DNA of 64,000 nucleotides from an uncultured Chloroflexia bacterium (lineage in GTDB: Bacteria; Chloroflexota; Limnocylindria; Limnocylindrales; CSP1-4). The notes beneath the pieces are model-generated. The model ran no database searches. It saw nothing but the letters and a program-made list of their open reading frames with translations, and was not told where the DNA came from. Shown here one piece after another: positions 53,184 through 63,931 of the stretch. Position numbers and translations under genes: made by a program. Position 1 is the first letter of the stretch. Every line of letters starts with the position of its first letter. The stretch lies in assembly GCA_963809215.1 (NCBI GenBank), contig CAWEIJ010000003.1, positions 226,892 through 290,891 on the forward strand. The letters run 5' to 3'.

Positions 53184-55062
53184 ATGGCGGATGCGTCGGG
53201 GCCGCACGCGCCCCGGCGGGGTCGGGCGACCGGCGCCGACCGTCGTCCGAATCCCGGCGGGCCGACGCCGCGCCGGGACGGCGAGGCTCGAATCGATCCC
53301 GACGACCACGAGGCACCCAGGCACAAGCGCGGCAGGACCGTCCATGGCGAGCTCGCCAACGCCGGCCATCGCGTCCTCGCCCCGGACGACGCCGAGGTCG
53401 AGGCCTACCTCGAGACCGCCCTCAACGCGCCCGCGCCCGAACGTCCTGCCCTCGACCGCCCCGGCGGAGCCGTCCCGCGCGGCGAGGGCAGCCGGGGCGA
53501 GCCGGACACCGTCGTGGTGCTCGACTTCGGCAGCCAGTACGCGCAGCTGATCGCGCGGCGCGTCCGGGAGCTGAACGTCTACTCGGAGCTGCTGCCGTTC
53601 GACACCCCGTGGCACGAGATCGCGAGGCGCCGTCCGCGCGCGATCATCCTGTCCGGCGGGCCATCGAGCGTCTACGAGGCCGATGCGCCGCGGCCGGACC
53701 CGGCCGTGTGGAGCGCGGGCATCCCGGTCCTGGGGATCTGCTACGGCCTGCACCTCATGGCACGTGAGCTCGGCGGCGACGTCGTGTCCGTCGCGAAGCG
53801 CGAGTACGGCCCCGCGACGATCACCTTCGCCGACGACGTCCCGCTGTTCGCCGGGCTCGGCCGCGAGCAGCCGGTGTGGATGAGCCATGGCGACTCGATC
53901 GTCTCGCCGCCGCCGGGCTTCCGGGCCACGGCCCGCACGGCGTCGACCCGGTTCGCCGCCATGGGCGACCCGGTCCGCGGGCTGTACGGGATCCAGTTCC
54001 ATCCCGAGGTCGGGCACACCCCACGCGGCCGCGACGTGCTGCGCAACTTCGTGATGGGGATCGCCGGCGCGCGGCCGACATGGACCCCCGCCAACTTCAT
54101 CGAATCGACCATCGCCGAGATCCGGTCGCGGGTGGACGCGCAGGCACGCGCGACGGGTGGCGACGGCCTGGTGATCTGCGCGCTCTCCGGCGGCGTGGAT
54201 TTCGGCGGTCGCCGCGCGCCTGGTGCACCGCGCGGTCGGGGACAGGCTCACGTGCATCTACGTTGACCACGGCCTGATGCGCAAGAAGGAGTCGGAGCTC
54301 CTGCGTGCCACGTTCGAGCAGAACCTCGGGATGCGCCTCGTGATGGTCGACGCCCGGACGCGGTTCCTGGCCCGGCTGGCCGGCGTGACCGACCCGGAGT
54401 CGAAGCGACGGATCATCGGCGACGAGTTCATCCGGGTCTTCGAGGAGGAGGCCGCCAAGCTCGGCCGGATCGACTTCCTGACCCAGGGCACGCTCTACCC
54501 GGACGTCATCGAGTCCACGACGGCCGAGACGAAGGCCGCCCAGAAGATCAAGACGCACCACAACGTGGGCGGCCTGCCCGAGGACCTCCGCTTCACGCTC
54601 ATCGAGCCGCTCCGCTACCTCTTCAAGGACGAGGTGCGGCTGGTCGGGCTGGAGCTGGGCCTGCCCGAGGCGATGGTCTTCCGGCAGCCATTCCCGGGTC
54701 CCGGGCTCGCGATCCGGATCATCGGCGAGGTGACGGCCGAGCGGCTCGACACGTTGCGCGAGGCCGACTGGATCGTGATCGACGAGATCAAGGCTGCCGG
54801 CCTCTACCGCAGCCTCTGGCAATTGTTCGCGATCCTGACCCCGGTCCGGAGCGTGGGCGTGATGGGCGACGGACGCACGTACGCCAACGTCGTCGCGATC
54901 CGCGCGGTGACGTCCGAGGACGGCATGACGGCCGACTGGGCGAAGCTCCCCTACGACGTGCTGGGGACCATCAGCTCGAGGATCGTGAACGAGGTGCCGG
55001 GCGTCAACCGCGTCGTCTACGACATCAGCTCGAAGCCGCCCGCCACCATCGAGTGGGAGTAG
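53184..55062 (+). CDS. guaA: GMP synthase (glutamine-hydrolysing), interrupted by one +1 insertion; start uncertain
   Basis: GATase domain from about 53505 ([34 protein letters not shown]). The ATP-PPase P-loop ALSGGVD is broken at the T-run 54200-54202 and continues in track ORF 54223-55062 (...[16 protein letters not shown]...ATIEWE). The only upstream in-frame starts are TTG 53124 and ATG 53184. Confidence 0.85.
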
Positions 55063-55160
55063 GGCTCGCGACCGCCCATCGGGCGAGCGGGACGCGCGCG
55101 TCGGTGCGCGGACGCGCCGGATCGGGTCGTGCCGGGCGCTCGCGCCGTGACCGGGTCCGC

Positions 55161-55166
55161 TAGCAT
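55161..55166 (+). promoter_or_regulatory. leaderless-type -10 (TAGCAT-N9-ATG 55176)
   Basis: TANNNT hexamer 9 nt upstream of the zinc-ribbon gene. Confidence 0.4.
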
Positions 55167-55175
55167 CGGGCCTGC

Positions 55176-55760
55176 ATGACCGACCACGAACCGCCGGAGA
55201 TCCCGCTCCCGCCGCCCGCCGACCCCGGCGCGCGATGCCCGTGGTGCTCGGCCCCGGTCGCGACCCCGGACGCCGTCACCTGCGGCTCGTGCGGCGCCAC
55301 GCTCCACGGCGACGCGGAGATCGAGGTCCCGGGCGTGACGGCGATCGACGGCCAGCATGCATTGCATGCCTCCGCGCCGCGCAAGGTCCGACGGACCTTC
55401 GGCTCGCTCTTCGTCGGCGGCGACGACGCGATCCCGCCGCCGGCCGCCGCGGAGCTGCCGGCGCTCGCCATGCCCGACGCGGACGTGCGGCGCGAGATGC
55501 TACGCATCCGGATGGACGCGGAGCTCGCGGACCTCACCGCCCGCGTGGAGGCCCTGGCCGCCGAGCGCGGCGTGCCGATGCCGGTCGTGCTCGGCGCCGA
55601 TCCGGCACGGGAGGCGGATGCGGCCGCGGATGCAGATGCCGGCCAGGGCGCGGAACGGGCGCAGGGGCCGGGCGCCGCATCAGAGCCCGGGCAGGCACCC
55701 GACCCGGACGGCCCTCGAGAAGTTGACGCGACGCAGCGGGGCGAGGACGCGGGACCCTAG
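55176..55760 (+). CDS. hypothetical zinc-ribbon protein
   Basis: Track ORF with TAGCAT 9 nt upstream. N-terminal CPWCS...CGSCG ribbon, then a coiled-coil-like segment and an acidic tail. Confidence 0.6.
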   Translation: MTDHEPPEIPLPPPADPGARCPWCSAPVATPDAVTCGSCGATLHGDAEIEVPGVTAIDGQHALHASAPRKVRRTFGSLFVGGDDAIPPPAAAELPALAMPDADVRREMLRIRMDAELADLTARVEALAAERGVPMPVVLGADPAREADAAADADAGQGAERAQGPGAASEPGQAPDPDGPREVDATQRGEDAGP

Positions 55761-55808
55761 CCCGACCGCGGGGCCCTAGCCCGGCCCGGGTACGCGTCGA
55801 AGCGCGGG

Positions 55809-55814
55809 TATCCT
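55809..55814 (+). promoter_or_regulatory. leaderless-type -10 (TATCCT-N8-ATG 55823)
   Basis: TANNNT hexamer 8 nt upstream of hypothetical gene 55823-56275. Confidence 0.4.
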
Positions 55815-55822
55815 GTCCCGCG

Positions 55823-56275
55823 ATGCCCCGCCTCCCACCACCCGGCCCCTCGTACGTGCGCGAGCACGAGGTCGTGCTCGGTGACCGGCGCGGCCGGGCC
55901 GGCATGGACCGTCCGACGGAGATCGAGGGCTGGTGGCTCGCGGTCTTCTGGGTGGCCGATGCCGACGGGATCGTGGCTTGCCGGGCGGCGGCCCCCGCCG
56001 CGGGACCGCCGCCGGATCCGCCGCTCGCGCGGCTCGGCCCGCTCCTCTCCGGGGGACTCTCCGGCTTCGTCCTCGAGGATGATGGCCGCCAGCAGATCCG
56101 CCTTCGCCTGCCCGTGCCACCGGAGGATCCCGACCATGCCTGGTCGGCACCGCTCGTGGTCCAGGCAGCCATCCGCTGGGAGCCGGCACGGGCTGCGGCG
56201 ATGACGCCGAACGCCCTGGCGGACGTGGCGCTGGCCGCCTTCCGGCGGGCGGTCGAGGCCCTCCGCCGGCCCTGA
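55823..56275 (+). CDS. hypothetical protein
   Basis: Track ORF with TATCCT 8 nt upstream of the ATG. No family recognised. Confidence 0.5.
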   Translation: MPRLPPPGPSYVREHEVVLGDRRGRAGMDRPTEIEGWWLAVFWVADADGIVACRAAAPAAGPPPDPPLARLGPLLSGGLSGFVLEDDGRQQIRLRLPVPPEDPDHAWSAPLVVQAAIRWEPARAAAMTPNALADVALAAFRRAVEALRRP

Positions 56276-56321
56276 CCGCCTGTCCGGCCCGGGCCCCATC
56301 GGGCGGGCCCGGGCGGGGGCG

Positions 56322-56327
56322 TACACT
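56322..56327 (+). promoter_or_regulatory. leaderless-type -10 (TACACT-N7-ATG 56335)
   Basis: TANNNT hexamer 7 nt upstream of the UPF0182 gene. Confidence 0.5.
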
Positions 56328-56334
56328 CTGCCCG

Positions 56335-59300
56335 ATGCGCGACATGTTCGACGACTTCATGAAGGAGCTGGCGGAGCGCCAGCGCCAGGCCCAGGCAGCC
56401 GCACGCGGAGAGCACCCTGCGGCGCCGGGCGACGGGCCCGGGGACGCGGGCCCGGAGGACGACCCGGACTCGACGCAGGCCCACGGCGGGCCTCCCGCCG
56501 TCGAGGAGGAGATCGAGACCGATCGGCCGGACCGCGGTCCCTCGGACGGCGCCGACGACGAGCCCCCGTCCCCGCTGCGGCCGCGCCCGCTTGCCGGAGG
56601 CCATCGCGGCCCGCCGTCGGGCGCACCTCCCCGTCGTCGCGGCCCCGGTGGGCCGCGGGACGGCGGAGGCCCGCGGCTGCGATCCATGGGTCCGCAGGTC
56701 GTCCTGGCTGTCGTCGCGCTGATCCTGCTCAGCGCCATCTTCCTGGTGGGATTCGGGATCCAGCTCGTCACGGATGCCACCTGGTTCAAGAGCGTCGGCT
56801 TCGATCCGGTGTTCTGGACGCGAATCGGGGCGCAGGCCGGGCTGTTCGCGCTCGGGCTCGCAATCGCGCTCGTCTTCCTCCTCGTCAACGTCTGGCTCGC
56901 CGGTCGTCTCGCGCCCCCGCCGGGCACGGGCGCCGGCGAGCGATTCCGCGCGTTCGTCGACCGGCTGGGCCAGTCCGCCCGCTCGACCGGCGACAGCCCG
57001 TTCCGGAACCGGTACGACCCGTTCGGCCAGGCCCGGCGGGGCGGGTTCGGGGGCGGCGACGACGACCGCCCGGGCGGGATCCGGCCGGTTGGTCCCAGCC
57101 TGAGCACGGCTGATCTCCCGGACCTCCGGCCGCTCGGCGTGGTGGTCATCGTGATCCTGGCCGTCCTCGTGGCGCTCGGCACGGCGGGCGCTCTGTCGGG
57201 GAGCTGGCAGACGGTGGCGCTGTACGCCAACCGGGTCCCGTTCGCGACGGCGGGCGCGGCACCGGTGGTCGATCCCGATCTTCGGCCGGGACATCAGCTT
57301 CTACTTCTTCGACCTGCCGTTCCTGCGGCTGCTCCAGGCGACGGCCGGCGGCCTCCTCCTCGCGGCCCTCCTCTTCGCGCTCGCCCGCTACGTCCTCGCG
57401 GCGCTCGGCGGAAGCGGGTTCACCACGCCGGTGCGCGTCCACCTCGGGACGCTCGCCGGTCTGTACCTTCTGACGGTCGCGGCGGGCTACCAGCTGGACA
57501 AGCTGGAGCTGGTCTACAGCACGAACGGCGTCGCGACCGGCGTCAGCTATACCGATCAGGCGGCCCGCTTCTTCGCCTTCGACGCCCTCACGATCGTGGC
57601 CGGCATCGTGGCCGCCCTGCTCGTGGCGGGCGCGTTCACCCGCTGGGTGGCGCCGCTCCTTGCCGGCGTCGCGATCTGGCTGGGCCTGTCGCTGCTCCTC
57701 GGCGTCGTCTACCCGGAGGCGATCCAGCGGTTCACGGTCGATCCGAACCAGTACGCCCAGGAGCAGCCGTACGTCGTCAACAACATCGCGATGACGCGCC
57801 TGGCATACGCGCTCACGGGCTGGCACGTCCAGAACTACGGCGGCGAGACGCCCCTGACCGCCGCCGCGGTCACGCAGGACGCCTCGACATTCCAGAACGC
57901 CCGCCTCTGGGACTACCGGCCCCTCCAGACCACGCTGGAGCAGATCCAGACGGTCCGCCAGTACTACCAGTTCGTGAACGTGGACACGGACCGGTACACG
58001 ATCAGCGGCAACCTCCGGCAGGTCATGCTGTCGGGCCGCGAGCTGGCGCCCGAGCTGAACCCCCAGGGCGGAAGCTGGGTCAACCAGCGGATCGCCTTCA
58101 CGCACGGCTACGGCCTGGCCATGGTCCCGGTCAACGAGGTCGACAGCCAGGGCCTGCCCGAGCTGATCATCAAGGACCTGCCCGTGACCGTTTCGGCCGG
58201 TGCACCCCCGGTCAGCCAGCCGCGGATCTACTTCGGCGAGCGGCCAAACGACTGGGTCATCGTCGGAGCGCGCCAGGCCGAGTTCGACTACCCGGTTGGA
58301 ACGTCGAGCACCGGCGCACCGACCTCGCAGGTCGAGACGCGCTGGACGGGGACCAGCGGGATCAAGCTGGACTCCATCCTCACGCGCCTGCTCTTCGCGG
58401 CGCGCTTCACCGACCTCAATCTCCTGATCTCCGACCAGGTGACCTCCGACAGCCAGCTGCTCATGTACCGGAGCCTCGGCGAGCGCCTGAACCTCATCGC
58501 GCCGTTCCTGGCCTACGACAAGGACCCGTACCTCGTGGTCGACAGCACCGGGCGTCTCGTCTACATCCAGGATGCCTACACGATCTCGGATCGCTTCCCG
58601 AACGCCCAGCCGTTCGACGATTCCGTGCTGAGCCAGGGCAGCGGGTTGAGCGGGCAGTCGTTCGACTACCTGCGCAACAGCGTGAAGGTGGTCATGGATG
58701 CCTACGACGGCTCCATGACGTTCTACGTCGCGGATCCGACCGACCCGCTCATCCGGGCCTGGGAGGGTGTCTTCCCGACGCTCTTCAAGCCCCTTTCCTC
58801 GATGCCGGCTGACCTCCAGGCGCATCTCCGCGTGCCAGAGGACCTGTTCAACGTCCAGACGGAGATGTACGCGAAGTACCACGTGACCGATCCGGCCAAC
58901 TTCTACCAGGGCAATGACCTCTGGACCGTGCCCCAGAACCAGGCCACGTCGGCAACGGGCCAGCTGCCGCTGGAGGCCTACTACGTCAACATGCGGATGC
59001 CAGGCGCGGACAAGACGGAGTTCCTGCTGCTCCAGCCCATGGTCCCCAAGTCCCGGCCGAACATGATCGCGTGGGTCGCGGCGCGGAACGACGCGCCGAA
59101 CTACGGCGCGGTCGAGGTGTTCAAGTTCCCGCCGGACACGTCGGTCTTCGGGCCGGCGCAGATCGAGGCCCGGATCGACCAGGAGCCGGCGATCAGCTCG
59201 CAGCTCACGCTGTGGAACCAGTCCGGCAGCACCGTCGTGCGGGGCAACCTGATCGTGGTCCCGGTCCAGGACTCGATCATCTACCTCGAGCCGATCTACC

Positions 59301-59707
59301 TGCAGTCCACCGGCTCCGCGATCCCCGAGTTCACGAAGATCGTCGTGGCCAGCCCCACCAAGGTCGTCTGGGGCGACACGCTGAGCGAGGCCCTCAGCTC
59401 CCTGCTCTCCGGCACGGGCTCCACGGCGTCGCCCAGCCCGCCGCCCGGCGGTCCGTCGCCATCCCCGGGCGCGAGCCCCGGGCCGAGCGCATCCGCCACG
59501 GCGGTCCCGAGCGGGGGCCCCGAGGTGACGCCGCAGCCTGGCGACCTCAAGGCCCTGATCACGTACGCGAACACGCACTTCGAGCTCGCCCAGGCGGCGC
59601 TCCGCGCGGGCGACTTCGCAACCTACGGCGCCGAGATCGCGAAGGTCCAGGCGACGCTCCGCCAGCTCGGGCTCGTCGCGATCCCCAGCCCGTCGCCCGC
59701 GCCCTGA
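56335..59707 (+). CDS. UPF0182-family large membrane protein, interrupted by one +1 insertion
   Basis: Track ORF 56335.. (TM segments, ...ALYANRVPFATAGAAPVVDP) shifts near 57277 into the frame of track ORF 57431-59707. The joined text reads IFGRDISFYFFDLPFLRLLQ... and continues with QPYVVNNIAMTRLAY and RIAFTHGYGLAMVPVNEV. TACACT lies 7 nt upstream of the ATG. Confidence 0.85.
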
Positions 59708-59726
59708 CGGGCAGCGCACCTCGCCC

Positions 59727-60770
59727 GTGACCGCGCCGCCCGCCGGCGTGCTCGAGGAGCTCGACGGTGGGCAGATCGGTCCGCGTCCTGCCTTGCCCCG
59801 CGCGATGGGATGGCCCAGCGCCATGGCCGCGGCGACGCGCCTCGCCGCCGGTCGGCCGCGGTTGTGGGCCTTTGCGCTGCTCGCGTTCCTGGCCCGCGGC
59901 GGGCTCGTGGCGCTCGTGCTCCCGATGCTCGTGCTGCCCTCGTTCATCGGCATCGCCAACGCGGTCGGGCCGACGTCCGTGACTGCCGCGGGCCCGACGC
60001 CGCGGCTCGTGGCACTCGTCGCGGCATGGTGCGCGATCGCGCTCGGCGCGATCGTCGGCGGGACGCTGGTCGCTGCGGCCGCCGAGGTGGCGCTGCACCG
60101 CGCGACGGTCGGGCCGGGCACGGATGCCGGGACGGGGAGGGTTGTCGCGTTCCCGTCGCGGTGGATCGCTGCCGGGTCGCCCGCCGTGGCTGGAGCTCCG
60201 TCCGCGCGCGGGATCGTTCGACGGGTCGCGGTGGCCCGGCTCGTCCTCCTCGTGCCGGTTGCCGTCGCGCTCGCCGCCGCCGTCCCCGGCTGGGTCGGGG
60301 TCGCCTACCAGGAGCTGCTCCTGCCGTCGAACCTGGCGATCCCGCTGCCGCTCCGGGTGATCGCCGGAGCCCCGATCGCGGCGGTCGTGGTGGTCGCGAC
60401 ATGGCTCCTTGCCGAGATGGTCGGAGGCCTCGCGTCCCGCCGCATCGTCCTCGACGGCAGCACGGTGTCGGGCGCTCTCGGCGCCGCGACAGGCGAGATC
60501 GCGCGCGCTCCGGCGACGGTGCTCCTGACCCTGTGTCTCTCGTTCGTGGGGACGCTGCCGCTCCTCGTCCCCGCCACCGTAGTCCTCGGCGTCGCCTGGG
60601 ATCGCGCCCGCGTCGCCCTCGTCGACGCGACCGATGGCGCGGCTGTCATCGCCTCGACCCTTGTGCTCGTGGCCGCGTGGGCGGCCTGCCTGGGCGTTGC
60701 CGCGATGACCGCCGCGTGGCGCTCCGCGCTGTGGACCGCGGAGCTCGCGCGACGCAGCCGGGCCGGCTGA
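59727..60770 (+). CDS. polytopic membrane protein, hypothetical
   Basis: Track ORF (GTG). About 7-8 hydrophobic segments. Lies 19 nt after the UPF0182 stop. Confidence 0.6.
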   Translation: MTAPPAGVLEELDGGQIGPRPALPRAMGWPSAMAAATRLAAGRPRLWAFALLAFLARGGLVALVLPMLVLPSFIGIANAVGPTSVTAAGPTPRLVALVAAWCAIALGAIVGGTLVAAAAEVALHRATVGPGTDAGTGRVVAFPSRWIAAGSPAVAGAPSARGIVRRVAVARLVLLVPVAVALAAAVPGWVGVAYQELLLPSNLAIPLPLRVIAGAPIAAVVVVATWLLAEMVGGLASRRIVLDGSTVSGALGAATGEIARAPATVLLTLCLSFVGTLPLLVPATVVLGVAWDRARVALVDATDGAAVIASTLVLVAAWAACLGVAAMTAAWRSALWTAELARRSRAG

Positions 60771-60848
60771 GTCGGCCCGGCCCGGTGCGCCGGGGCTGGA
60801 CGCCCGTGCGACACTCGGCGTGCACGCACCAGGTGGGATCCTCGCTCG

Positions 60849-61898
60849 ATGGTCGAATCGCGGGAATGTCCGGAATGCGGCGCCGAGGTGCCGATCGGGC
60901 GCCTCTCGTGCAGCGCGTGCGGAGCGCTCCTCGCCGCCGTCGACCGCCACCCGGCGGTGGAGCCGTCGACCCGCGGTGGAGCCGCGCCGATCGCGCAGGA
61001 TGCCCGGACCGACGTCGCGGAGCCGGACGGCCGGCTGGCAACCGACGTGGTGCCCACGCCGACGGAGGTCGCCCCGGCCCCGGCCGCGCCAGGGCGGATC
61101 TCGACGGAGGCGCCCGATGCGGCGGCCCGATCAGACCGCGCCGTTGGCTCGCCCGGCGCGGTGCCCGCCGCGGAGCCGCCGATCGCCGCATCCTCCGAAA
61201 CGTCATCGGCGCCCGCGCCGATGACGGCCGCCGCGCCGCCGGCGACGATCGCCGTTCCCGACGAGGTCGAGCTGCCACGGCCGCCGATGCCCCCGATCCC
61301 GGGCGGGTACCTCGCGCCGTCGATGGTGATGCGGAGCGCCCCGATCACGAGCACCGAGCCGTACCTGGGCGCACCGCGGGCGGCCCTCGAGCCGGCGCCC
61401 TCGTCCGGGCCGCCGCTCCGCGGGCCTGAACCCCCCTCGCCCGTCGAGCCCGCACCCGGATCGCCGCCCCGGGTCCCGGTGCTCGACCTCCCGTTCGCGA
61501 TCGCGCCAGGGATCGGGCCGCGGCTCGTGGTGGGCGGCGGGGCCCTGTCGATCCTGGCATTCGTGCTCCCGTGGGCATCGGACGGCGGTGTCGTCATCGG
61601 CGCGGCGTTCGGGACCGGCTACTTCTCCGCGTGGGGCCTCGCCGCCGTTGCGAACGTGCTCCCCTTCCTCGTCGCCTGGGTGAGCCTGGTCCTCGCGGTG
61701 CTTCCGAACCGCGTGCCGCGGTTCGCCGCGCTCGGCGTGCTGCCACTCCTCCTCGGGGGGATCTTCGCGGGGTTCGGCTGGACGTACCTGATCGCGCCGC
61801 TCGGTGCCGGGATCGGGATCTGGGCGCTCGCGGTCGGGGCCGTGCTCCTTGCCGCAGGGGGGATCCTCGTGCTTCGCGGTGAGGATCTGCCCGGATAG
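60849..61898 (+). CDS. zinc-ribbon / proline-rich linker / multi-TM membrane protein, hypothetical
   Basis: Track ORF. N-terminal CPECG...CSACG, then about 200 aa of Pro/Ala-rich sequence, then 4-5 TM segments. Confidence 0.65.
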   Translation: MVESRECPECGAEVPIGRLSCSACGALLAAVDRHPAVEPSTRGGAAPIAQDARTDVAEPDGRLATDVVPTPTEVAPAPAAPGRISTEAPDAAARSDRAVGSPGAVPAAEPPIAASSETSSAPAPMTAAAPPATIAVPDEVELPRPPMPPIPGGYLAPSMVMRSAPITSTEPYLGAPRAALEPAPSSGPPLRGPEPPSPVEPAPGSPPRVPVLDLPFAIAPGIGPRLVVGGGALSILAFVLPWASDGGVVIGAAFGTGYFSAWGLAAVANVLPFLVAWVSLVLAVLPNRVPRFAALGVLPLLLGGIFAGFGWTYLIAPLGAGIGIWALAVGAVLLAAGGILVLRGEDLPG

Positions 61899-62069
61899 TG
61901 GCGCGGCATCCGCGCGCGGGTTCCGGATCGCCCACGGCACGCGACCGTCCCGCCAGTCGTCGCGGGGTGGCAGCGCGGCCGCGGACGGCTGGTACACTGC
62001 GGCGACGGTGCGAGGCGGACCCAGGCTGCCGCCACCGTCGACGGTCATCCACGTGCGTGTAGAGGCCGC

Positions 62070-62708
62070 ATGAACCTCGACTTCCTCTCGGGAATCGGTG
62101 ACGCGATCGGGTCGTTCTTCGCGACGCCCATCGTCCAGCTCGGGATCAGGGCGATCGGCGCCTACATCGTCATCGTCTGGCTGGCGGCCGCGTTCTGGGC
62201 ATTCCGGGACATGCAGCTCCGGTCGGCCAACCCGATCCTGCCCTACCTGGCCGCGGCGTTCGTCATCGGCTTCACGCCGGTCCTCTTCCTGTTCGCGGTG
62301 GTGATCTACAAGATCATCCGGCCGCAGGAGCGCATGGGCGAGGCGTACGAGCGCGGCCTGGCCGAGGAGGCACTGCTCGCCGAGATCGACGCGATCGAAC
62401 ACTGCGCCACGTGCGGTCGGAAGGTCCACGAGGAGTGGATCCTGTGTCCCACGTGTCGCACGCGCCTCAAGCGGGTCTGCCCGAACTGCAACCGGCTCGT
62501 CGGGTTCGAGTGGTCGCTGTGCGCGTGGTGCGGGCGTGACTTCGACCGCCCGATCGGCGCGATCGGCGCGGTCCCGACACCGGCGCTGCGCGGTGACACG
62601 GCGTCGGTCACGCCGGCCGCTTCGCTTGCGCCGGCCGCCCGGGTCCGCGCCCGTCGAGTCACCCCCGCGGCCGGCGCCACGGCGCCGAGCCCGACGCCGC
62701 GGCCCTGA
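62070..62708 (+). CDS. membrane-anchored double zinc-ribbon (DZR) protein
   Basis: Track ORF. Two TM segments, then CATCG...CPTCR...CPNCN...CAWCG. Confidence 0.7.
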   Translation: MNLDFLSGIGDAIGSFFATPIVQLGIRAIGAYIVIVWLAAAFWAFRDMQLRSANPILPYLAAAFVIGFTPVLFLFAVVIYKIIRPQERMGEAYERGLAEEALLAEIDAIEHCATCGRKVHEEWILCPTCRTRLKRVCPNCNRLVGFEWSLCAWCGRDFDRPIGAIGAVPTPALRGDTASVTPAASLAPAARVRARRVTPAAGATAPSPTPRP

Positions 62709-62836
62709 ACCCGCCCGATCCCGCGACGGGCGGCGCACCCGCGATCCCCGGCCCGGTCCGGCGCGGCACCTTCGATCTCGACGGTCGCGCGGCGCCCGGC
62801 CTCTACGCGGCCGGCCTGGGCCTCGCCGGGCTCGGT

Positions 62837-63722
62837 ATGGCCGCGCTGTTCGTGGGGCTCGCGGCCGGTGGCGGCGGCGCGGGACCGTGGCTGTTCGTCG
62901 GCGGATTCGGGATCCTCGCGACCGGCCTCGTGTCGGGGGCCGGGGCACAGGGGCTCCAGCGCGCCGCGGACGGCACGGCCGGGTACGCAGGGCCCTCGCC
63001 ATATCTCGTCTTCCTCGCGGCCTTCACGGCCAGCCTCTTCGTGACGAACGTCATCGCGTTCGTGCTCGATGCCGCGGGCGTGGCGATCACCGACCAGGCC
63101 GGAGTGCTGCTTTCCTCGCTGGTCTCGGGCCTCATCTCGGTCGGGCTGATCGGGCCTGCTGGTGGTGGGGCCGGGGGCGCTCGGCTGGCGCGACCTCGGG
63201 TTCCGGCGGCCGGCACCTGGCGAGGGCTCGCTGGTCGAGGACGTGGCGTGGGGTGCCGCCCTCGCGATCCCCGCGATCCTCGCGGCCATGTTGCTCGCGG
63301 CGTTCCTGATCGCGCTCCTGGGTGCGACCCCGGACCCGACCCTGCCGCCGACCCACGACCCGCTCGGGGCGACGCTGAACCTGGTCGCGGCCGTGGCGGT
63401 GGCGCCGTTCTGGGAGGAGCTCTTCTTCCGCGGGTTCACGACGACGGCCTGGGCGCGCACGGCCGGCCCGCGCGCCGCGATCGTCCGGGCGGGGCTCTTC
63501 TTCGCCCTGGTCCACGTGATCACGATCCTCGGCAGCGACTTCTCGACCGGCCTCCGCGTCGCCTTCATCGCATTCGCCATCCGGATCCCGGTCGGGCTCC
63601 TGCTCGGCTGGGTCTTCATCCGGCGGCGGACGCTCGCCGCTCCGATCGCGCTCCACGCCGTCTACAACGGCATTCCGCTCGTCCTCTTCCTGCTGGCGGG
63701 TTCGCGGGTCGCGACGGGATAG
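62837..63722 (+). CDS. CPBP-family intramembrane glutamic endopeptidase (CAAX protease-like), interrupted by one +1 insertion
   Basis: Track ORF 62837.. (TM segments) shifts near 63155 into track ORF 63162-63722. That ORF carries motif 1 WEELFFRG, motif 2 FFALVH and motif 3 HAVYN. Confidence 0.75.
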
Positions 63723-63730
63723 GCCGCCCC

Positions 63731-63751
63731 GCGCCCCGGGCCCCGGGGCGC
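63731..63751 (+). terminator. GC-rich palindrome just after the CPBP protease stop
   Basis: GCGCCCCGGGCCCCGGGGCGC, 9 nt after the stop at 63722. No U-tract. Confidence 0.3.
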
Positions 63752-63931
63752 CCGCCCCGCGCGACGCGCGGTCGTACCCCCGGTTGAGCGCCCGGCAAGG
63801 GCGCGTTGAGCGCCCGGTGAGGGCCGGCCGGTAGGCTGCGCCGCGTTCTCGGGTCCGGACGGCGGGGGAATCGGCGGGCTCCGTTGTTCGGGCCCGGGAA
63901 CACCACGACCCGCTGCCAACGGAGGTGCCTG

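Noticed and set aside
57146-60121. 991-aa ORF on the minus strand
   Set aside because: It lies antisense to the well conserved UPF0182 gene and the following membrane protein gene. It is low-complexity Arg/Gly/Asp text and has no start-site signals.
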